From NCBI GenBank assembly GCA_964437795.1, contig CAYTIC010000003.1, positions 93,835-157,834 on the forward strand: a stretch of DNA of 64,000 nt, written 5' to 3'. Positions 58,971-64,000 of this stretch are shown in pieces. The notes beneath the pieces are model-generated. The model was not told where the DNA came from. It saw only the letters and a list, made by a program, of their open reading frames with translations, and made no database searches. The DNA is from an uncultured Dehalococcoidales bacterium. GTDB taxonomy: Bacteria; Chloroflexota; Dehalococcoidia; GIF9; UBA5629. A program made the translations under genes and the position numbers. Positions within the stretch are counted from its first letter, which is position 1; each line of letters starts with the position of its first letter.

Positions 58971-60197
58971 ATGCCGAAAAAGAAACTGGTCAAGGATGAT
59001 GCGTATTTCATAGATAATCCCAAGAGGGTCAAGGCCGTGCAGAAGGAAATGGCCAGGCAGGGTATCGACGTGTACCTGGGCTCACGCCTGCGCACAATGT
59101 CCTGGATAATCGACGCCTTCTGCCCCTGGCGTACCTATGTTGTTATCCCGCCCGAGGGGCTGCCGACCGCCGTCACCTTCGTCATCGACGCCGCACGCGT
59201 AGCTGACGAGTCCTGGCTGGACGAGGACCACGTATTGGGCTACGGGCCCATGGGCGGACAGGACCAGGTGGCAGTTCTGAGCATGCTGATGAAACCTTAC
59301 CTTAAGGGTGGAAAGGGAGTAATCGGCATGGAGACGGGCATGGGCAACTATCTCCCCGAGGGTCATTTGACCCTTTTTGAGTTCGTTATGCTTAAGGCGG
59401 CATTGCCCAAGGCCACGTTCAAGAATGCACACGATATCATAGACCGACTCTCTTTAATCAAGGACGAGGGCACCATCAACCGCTTCCGTGAAGCTTCTCG
59501 CATCGTCGATGTCGGCCACAAGGCGGTATACGAGGCTATTAAGAATGGCGGCTTCCAGAAGATGACCGAGACCGAGGTTGGAGGCCTGGCGGCTTATGCC
59601 ATGCGCAAGGCCGGCAGTGAGTGGGAGTGGTCGTTCACAGGCGGCAACGAGATCGCCTCCGGCTACAGGTCAGGCCTGGCGGCGGGCGCCTGCACACCGG
59701 CCAGCAGGAGGAAGCTCAAGGCGGGTGACCCCCTGATGGTGGACCTGCATGCCATGTTCAAGCTGGGCCTGGGTGACCATTCACACAATTATTTCCTGGG
59801 CAAGGCCACCAAGCGGCAGATGTGGCACGCTAAGAACTTCGTTGACCTCATGAAACAGGTCCTTATCACATATCGGGCCGGCATATCACCCACCAGGCTG
59901 GCGGACGAGATGCTAGCATTTGCTGAGGAAAAAGGCTTCCAGGATTACCTGGTCCCGGGATTTGAGCACGGCATCGGCATGATGGGCGATGAGTGGCGCA
60001 TCGGTCTCAACGATGGCCCATTCCAGTACTGGACCAATCCCGAGCATATTTACAGGAAGAACGAGATGGTAATCTGCGCCGTGCAATATGCCTGCCCCGA
60101 AGAGAACATCGGCTTCCGCTACGAGAACCCTATCCTCATAAAAGAGAAGAATTGCGAGGCCATGTCCAGGTTCCCCCTGAGCGTCAACGTGGTTTAA
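58971..60197 (+). CDS. M24-family (creatinase/prolidase fold) protein
   Basis: 408 aa. Creatinase-like N-domain, then GDPLMVDLHA...GLGDHSHN, EHGIGM, FRYENPILI. Confidence 0.8.
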   Translation: MPKKKLVKDDAYFIDNPKRVKAVQKEMARQGIDVYLGSRLRTMSWIIDAFCPWRTYVVIPPEGLPTAVTFVIDAARVADESWLDEDHVLGYGPMGGQDQVAVLSMLMKPYLKGGKGVIGMETGMGNYLPEGHLTLFEFVMLKAALPKATFKNAHDIIDRLSLIKDEGTINRFREASRIVDVGHKAVYEAIKNGGFQKMTETEVGGLAAYAMRKAGSEWEWSFTGGNEIASGYRSGLAAGACTPASRRKLKAGDPLMVDLHAMFKLGLGDHSHNYFLGKATKRQMWHAKNFVDLMKQVLITYRAGISPTRLADEMLAFAEEKGFQDYLVPGFEHGIGMMGDEWRIGLNDGPFQYWTNPEHIYRKNEMVICAVQYACPEENIGFRYENPILIKEKNCEAMSRFPLSVNVV

Positions 60198-60211
60198 GAG
60201 ATACTGAATGT

Positions 60212-60274
60212 AGGAGCGCACCTTCAGGTGCGCTCCTTTGCCGTACTGTCATTGCGAGCATAGCGAAGCAATCT
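60212..60274. repeat. Second copy of the composite repeat, in inverted orientation; its GC hairpin doubles as a likely terminator
   Basis: AGGAGCGCACC ttca GGTGCGCTCCT (60212-60237, followed by TTTG), then GTCATTGCGAGCATAGCGAAGCAATCT (60248-60274). Its reverse complement has the same arm-spacer-box order as 57407-57468. Confidence 0.6.
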
Positions 60275-60276
60275 TG

Positions 60277-60627
60277 CTATTTAAACTCGCTTCTTCCCAA
60301 TGTAGTAAGGACGATCGCCACTACACCGAGCACGAAACCCCAGAAGAAAAATGTGAAGCTGCAGAAGAATGCGGCTATCGAGCCGGCCAGGGCGAAGCCC
60401 CATGACTTCTTGAGAATATTTGCTATGCCACCCGCCACTGCCAGGACCGCCATTATGATGATGGGTATGGAAATGCTGAAGAGGACGGTAGATATCCAGG
60501 CCGGGATATTCGGTATGACACTGGTTATCCCACCCATGATAAAAAGGGCCACAACAACGCATAAGGCCCATACCCCTGCAATTATATCCAGGATGCCGGC
60601 CGTTGTTGACTGCCAAGTGCTTTGCAT
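60277..60627 (-). CDS. Hypothetical four-TM membrane protein
   Basis: 116 aa and hydrophobic. It lies downstream of uvrB on the same strand. I recognise no family. Confidence 0.6.
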   Translation of the reverse strand: MQSTWQSTTAGILDIIAGVWALCVVVALFIMGGITSVIPNIPAWISTVLFSISIPIIIMAVLAVAGGIANILKKSWGFALAGSIAAFFCSFTFFFWGFVLGVVAIVLTTLGRSEFK

Positions 60628-60684
60628 AGATTCACCTCCTGCCAGATTACTGGTCTCTAGTATTATAGCCGCAAAGCGCGCCGA

Positions 60685-62679
60685 TTACTTCTTTTTTCTG
60701 AAGGGGGAGTAAAGCTCTTCGTCCTTTCTCAATTCCACGATCCTGTCTCGCAGCAGTGCGGCCTTCTCGAATTCGAGGTTCTTAGCCGCCTTTTTCATCT
60801 GCGCTTCGAAGTCTTTGATCAGCCTGGCAACCTCATCGGGCGGCACATGGCTGACCTCGTATTTTCCTCTTTCCTCCGCCACCACCTTGACGCGCTCCGT
60901 AATGTCTTTAATCGCCTTCTTGATACCCTGTGGTGTAATTCCATGTTCCTTATTGTAGTTTTCCTGTATCTTGCGCCTGCGGTAAACCTCTTCTATGGCG
61001 TTGCTCATTGACCCGGTCAGCTTATCGGCGTAAAGGATCACATGACCGTCTACATGCCTCGCCGCCCTGCCCATGGTCTGGATAAGCGCATCCCTGGACC
61101 TTAAATAGCCTTCCTTGTCGGCATCGAGTATGGCCACAAGGCTAACTTCCGGAAGATCGAGCCCCTCGCGCAGCAGATTGATGCCCACCACCACATCGTA
61201 GACCCCCAGGCGCAGGTCCCGCAGTATCTCCACGCGTTCAAGCGTATCTACCTCCGAGTGCAGGTAGTGTGTTTTTACATCCATTTCCCTCAGGTAATCG
61301 GCCAGCTCCTCAGCCATCTTCTTGGTGAGCGTTGTTACCAGGCAGCGCTCCTCTTTGACCACTCGTGCTTTTATCTCGTGGATAAGGTCATCGATTTGAC
61401 CCTTGGTAGGCTTGATCTCTATAGTCGGCTCCAGCAGGCCTGTAGGCCGCACCAGCTGTTCAACCACCTGCTGGCTTTTCTCGTGTTCATACGGCCCGGG
61501 GGTGGCCGACACATAGACCGCCTGCCTGATCAGCTTCTCGAACTCCGGAAAGTTGAGTGGCCGGTTATCCAGCGCCGAGGGAAGCCTGAAACCATAATCG
61601 ATCAGGGTCTTCTTGCGGCTCATGTCTCCGCCGTACATACCTCGTACCTGGGGCAAGGTCATGTGCGACTCATCGACGAAGAGGATAAAATCCTCCGGAA
61701 AATAGTGTATGAGTGTCCAGGGCGGGCTTCCCGGCGCACGACGCTGCAAATGACGGGAGTAGTTCTCCACACCGCTGCAATAGCCCAGTTGTGTGAGCAT
61801 TTCAATGTCGTAATTGGTGCGCTGCTCGATGCGTGCCGCCTCCAGCAGCTTACCCTGACGGTTGAACTCTTCCACTCTCTCTGCCATCTCGGCCCTGATA
61901 TCGGCTATGGCCGGCCCCAGCTTGTCGGGTGAGGTCACGAAGTGCTTGGCCGGAAATATATCTATCGACTCTTTCTCGGCCAGCAATTCACCGGTGAGGC
62001 TGTCTATCTCCATGATACGTTCGACCGTGTCGCCCCAGAACTCAATACGTATAGCGATCTCCTCGTACGAGGGCAGTATTTCGAGGGTGTCGCCGCGGAT
62101 GCGGAACCTGCCCCGCTGGAAGTCGAAGTCATTCCTCTCATACTGCATATCGACAAAGCGCCGCACCAGCTTGTTCCGCTCGATCTTCTGCCCCCTTGCA
62201 ACGCTGACCACAAAGCTCTGATACTCCTCAGGCTCACCCAGCGAGTATATACAGGATACGGAGGCTACAATCAGTACGTCGCGCCTGGTCAAAAGGGCCC
62301 GTGTAGCTGAGTGGCGCAGCTTGTCGATCTCTTCATTTACATCGGTGTCTTTCTCGATATAAGTGTCGGTCCTGGGTATATAAGCTTCAGGCTGGTAGTA
62401 ATCATAGTAGCTGACAAAATACTCCACGGCATTTTCCGGAAAAAACTCTTTGAATTCCGTGGCGAGCTGGGCGGCCAGCGTCTTGTTGTGACACATCACC
62501 AGGGCCGGCCTTTGCAGCCTGGCCACTACGTTGGCCATGGTATAGGTCTTGCCGCTGCCCGTCACGCCCAGCAGGGTCTGGTGTCTGTACCCGGCTTCCA
62601 CACCGCGCACCAGCGCATCCACAGCCTGCGGCTGGTCGCCGGTCATACCGAAGTCGGAGACAAGTTTGAATGGAGGCAT
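60685..62679 (-). CDS. uvrB: Excinuclease ABC subunit B
   Basis: 664 aa. Motifs: [13 protein letters not shown], beta-hairpin region, and a C-terminal UVR motif ([11 protein letters not shown]). Confidence 0.97.
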   Translation of the reverse strand: MPPFKLVSDFGMTGDQPQAVDALVRGVEAGYRHQTLLGVTGSGKTYTMANVVARLQRPALVMCHNKTLAAQLATEFKEFFPENAVEYFVSYYDYYQPEAYIPRTDTYIEKDTDVNEEIDKLRHSATRALLTRRDVLIVASVSCIYSLGEPEEYQSFVVSVARGQKIERNKLVRRFVDMQYERNDFDFQRGRFRIRGDTLEILPSYEEIAIRIEFWGDTVERIMEIDSLTGELLAEKESIDIFPAKHFVTSPDKLGPAIADIRAEMAERVEEFNRQGKLLEAARIEQRTNYDIEMLTQLGYCSGVENYSRHLQRRAPGSPPWTLIHYFPEDFILFVDESHMTLPQVRGMYGGDMSRKKTLIDYGFRLPSALDNRPLNFPEFEKLIRQAVYVSATPGPYEHEKSQQVVEQLVRPTGLLEPTIEIKPTKGQIDDLIHEIKARVVKEERCLVTTLTKKMAEELADYLREMDVKTHYLHSEVDTLERVEILRDLRLGVYDVVVGINLLREGLDLPEVSLVAILDADKEGYLRSRDALIQTMGRAARHVDGHVILYADKLTGSMSNAIEEVYRRRKIQENYNKEHGITPQGIKKAIKDITERVKVVAEERGKYEVSHVPPDEVARLIKDFEAQMKKAAKNLEFEKAALLRDRIVELRKDEELYSPFRKKK

Positions 62680-62733
62680 GATTAAATAATTATAAGTTCA
62701 GCCGAGGAAAAACTAAATCTTGTGTTAAAAATA

Positions 62734-62758
62734 CCCCTCCTCCGCAAAGGTGGAGGGG
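62734..62758 (-). terminator. Candidate intrinsic terminator downstream of ruvA
   Basis: CCCCTCC.CC / GG.GGAGGGG stem, followed on the minus strand by TATTTTTAA. Confidence 0.45.
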
Positions 62759-62855
62759 CTATCTGGAAGAAGGGCTTTCACCCTTCGGAGGCGCCGCGGC
62801 AAAATCCCGCGGCGGCGCATAATTATACTAATCCTTTGCAGCCTATACAAAGAGC

Positions 62856-63440
62856 CTATTTCTTGGCCAATTGCTGAAGGGCCAGGCGGACCTTGTCCTC
62901 TACAGTCATACCTTCAGCCTGCGCGACGGCGCTCAGGGCTTGCATCGCTTCCCTGATGGAGTAACCCAACCCGGTAAGGGCAGCCACCGCATCGCCGTCG
63001 GCATCCATTGCTGCGGCGATTACCTCTCCTTCCCATCCCTTCTCCAGCTTGCCTTTCAGGTCAAGGATGATGCGCGCGGCAGTCTTCTTTCCTATACCCG
63101 GTACCTGGCTGAGCAGTTCGGCGTTGCCGCCGATGATGCCGGCAGCGATCTGATCGACGCTGAGGGCTGTCAACAGTGCCAGCGCTACCTTGGGTCCGAT
63201 ACCGCTGACCGTGATCAGCTGTTCAAACAGCGCCAGCTCCTGGCCGGTGGCGAAGCCATAAAGTGCGAGAACGTCTTCACGCACGTAAAGGTGCGTGTGC
63301 AGGATTACGGTGCTGCCGGGATGCCCCAGCTTATTGATGATGGACCCGGGTACATTGATCTGCAGGCTGAGCGGCCCGGCCTTCACGATGACATTATTTG
63401 CACCCCGGCTGACAAGCGTCCCTTCTACTGCGGCGATCAT
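62856..63440 (-). CDS. ruvA: Holliday junction branch-migration complex subunit RuvA
   Basis: 194 aa. OB-fold N-terminus (MI....G), HhH motifs GIGPKVAL and PGIGKKTAARI, and C-terminal domain III. Confidence 0.93.
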   Translation of the reverse strand: MIAAVEGTLVSRGANNVIVKAGPLSLQINVPGSIINKLGHPGSTVILHTHLYVREDVLALYGFATGQELALFEQLITVSGIGPKVALALLTALSVDQIAAGIIGGNAELLSQVPGIGKKTAARIILDLKGKLEKGWEGEVIAAAMDADGDAVAALTGLGYSIREAMQALSAVAQAEGMTVEDKVRLALQQLAKK

Positions 63441-63444
63441 GCAT

Positions 63445-63951
63445 TCACTCCTGTAATCCCCGTTTTAGCACGCGGTTCAGATGTACCTGGTTCAGGTGGC
63501 AAATGGCCACGGCCAGCGCATCAGCAGCATCGCTGGCCTCCGGCAACTCGCTGACCCCCAACTGCAATTTTACCACCTGGCGCACCTGGTCCTTTCCGCT
63601 CCTGCCGTAGCTGGTCACGAGCTGTTTGACCTGGGTGGGCATATATCGCGAAACAGGTAATTTCGCCTGCGCTGCCGCAAGTATGGCGATGGCCTGTGCC
63701 CGGCCGATGGCCAGGGCGGAGCGGGCATTGCCGGCAACAAAAGGCTCCTCAACGGCCGCTTCAACAGGATGGAAATCGGCAATAACTTTGAGCAATCCTT
63801 CGTATAGAATGCACAATCTCTGCTCGATCGGCAATTTCTGCGGAGCGGATATGATCCCGCAGCCGATCATGGTTATACGGTTCCCATCCTGCTCTTCTAC
63901 AACCCCATAGCCCATATTAAGGGTGCCGGGATCAATGCCCAATACTCGCAA
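63445..63951 (-). CDS. ruvC: Crossover junction endodeoxyribonuclease RuvC
   Basis: 168 aa. RVLGIDPG N-terminus, catalytic acidic residues (E in AVEE, DAADALA). TTG start with AGGAAG upstream. Confidence 0.93.
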   Translation of the reverse strand: MRVLGIDPGTLNMGYGVVEEQDGNRITMIGCGIISAPQKLPIEQRLCILYEGLLKVIADFHPVEAAVEEPFVAGNARSALAIGRAQAIAILAAAQAKLPVSRYMPTQVKQLVTSYGRSGKDQVRQVVKLQLGVSELPEASDAADALAVAICHLNQVHLNRVLKRGLQE

Positions 63952-64000
63952 TACTTACTTCCTGACCTTATCTCGGGGGCCGACAGACCGGGCAGGGATG

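Noticed and set aside
59993-60712. 239-aa plus-strand ORF running from the end of the M24 gene through the repeat and the antisense of the membrane protein into uvrB.
   Set aside because: It crosses a terminator hairpin and a repeat element and overlaps three better-supported genes. It has no family signal.
62871-63554. 227-aa ORF antisense to ruvA/ruvC.
   Set aside because: This is a shadow ORF. The minus strand encodes full-length RuvA and RuvC with their diagnostic motifs.

Overview
This 64 kb window looks like ordinary bacterial chromosome. It is densely coded on both strands, moderate in GC by eye, and dominated by housekeeping genes. I found no rRNA, tRNA, CRISPR array, transposase, integrase or phage genes.

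Gene content, left to right:
- rpmF, a FabD-like gene, nusB and an ACP-like gene, followed by mfd, tspO and nadC.
- A Fur-family regulator with a CbiM / PDGLE-protein / CbiQ / CbiO ECF metal-uptake operon, followed by dtd and a bifunctional-nuclease-family gene.
- The complete F1Fo ATP synthase operon (atpZ-like, then atpB, E, F, H, A, G, D, C), followed by rpsP and a KH-domain gene.
- An ADP-forming acyl-CoA synthetase alpha-like gene, nfi, and prfB with its programmed +1 frameshift.
- A secreted HExxH peptidase, radC, an orphan family-5 solute-binding protein, a DUF3795 gene and an HDAC-like deacetylase.
- secDF, cca, proBA, and an anaerobic sulfatase maturase / Gap-Sap-like membrane protein / Cys-type arylsulfatase cassette.
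- rph, TauE with DUF1634, family-4 UDG, RNase J and ftsK.
- ywbE, DUF3820, an M24 protein, an MFS transporter and a 1088-aa multi-PAS/PocR/HD-GYP sensor.
- DUF2804, a second ACD-alpha paralog, a crotonase, then an alpha/beta hydrolase / SCP2 / M24 block flanked by inverted copies of a short repeat.
- uvrB, ruvA and ruvC.

Most unusual observations:
1. The FabD-like and ACP-like genes have both lost their essential serines.
2. A sulfatase cassette carries a lipid-addressing-family membrane protein.
3. Inverted GTCATTGCGAG-type composite repeats bracket a three-gene block.
4. A Nur-box-like operator precedes the Fur-family regulator and Ni/Co ECF operon.
5. Several genes share a -10 hexamer placed 7-9 nt before the start codon with no Shine-Dalgarno, suggesting leaderless transcripts.

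The taxonomic impression, an uncultured anaerobe possibly Chloroflexota-like, is inference only. All family calls come from motif recognition by eye. No searches were run.
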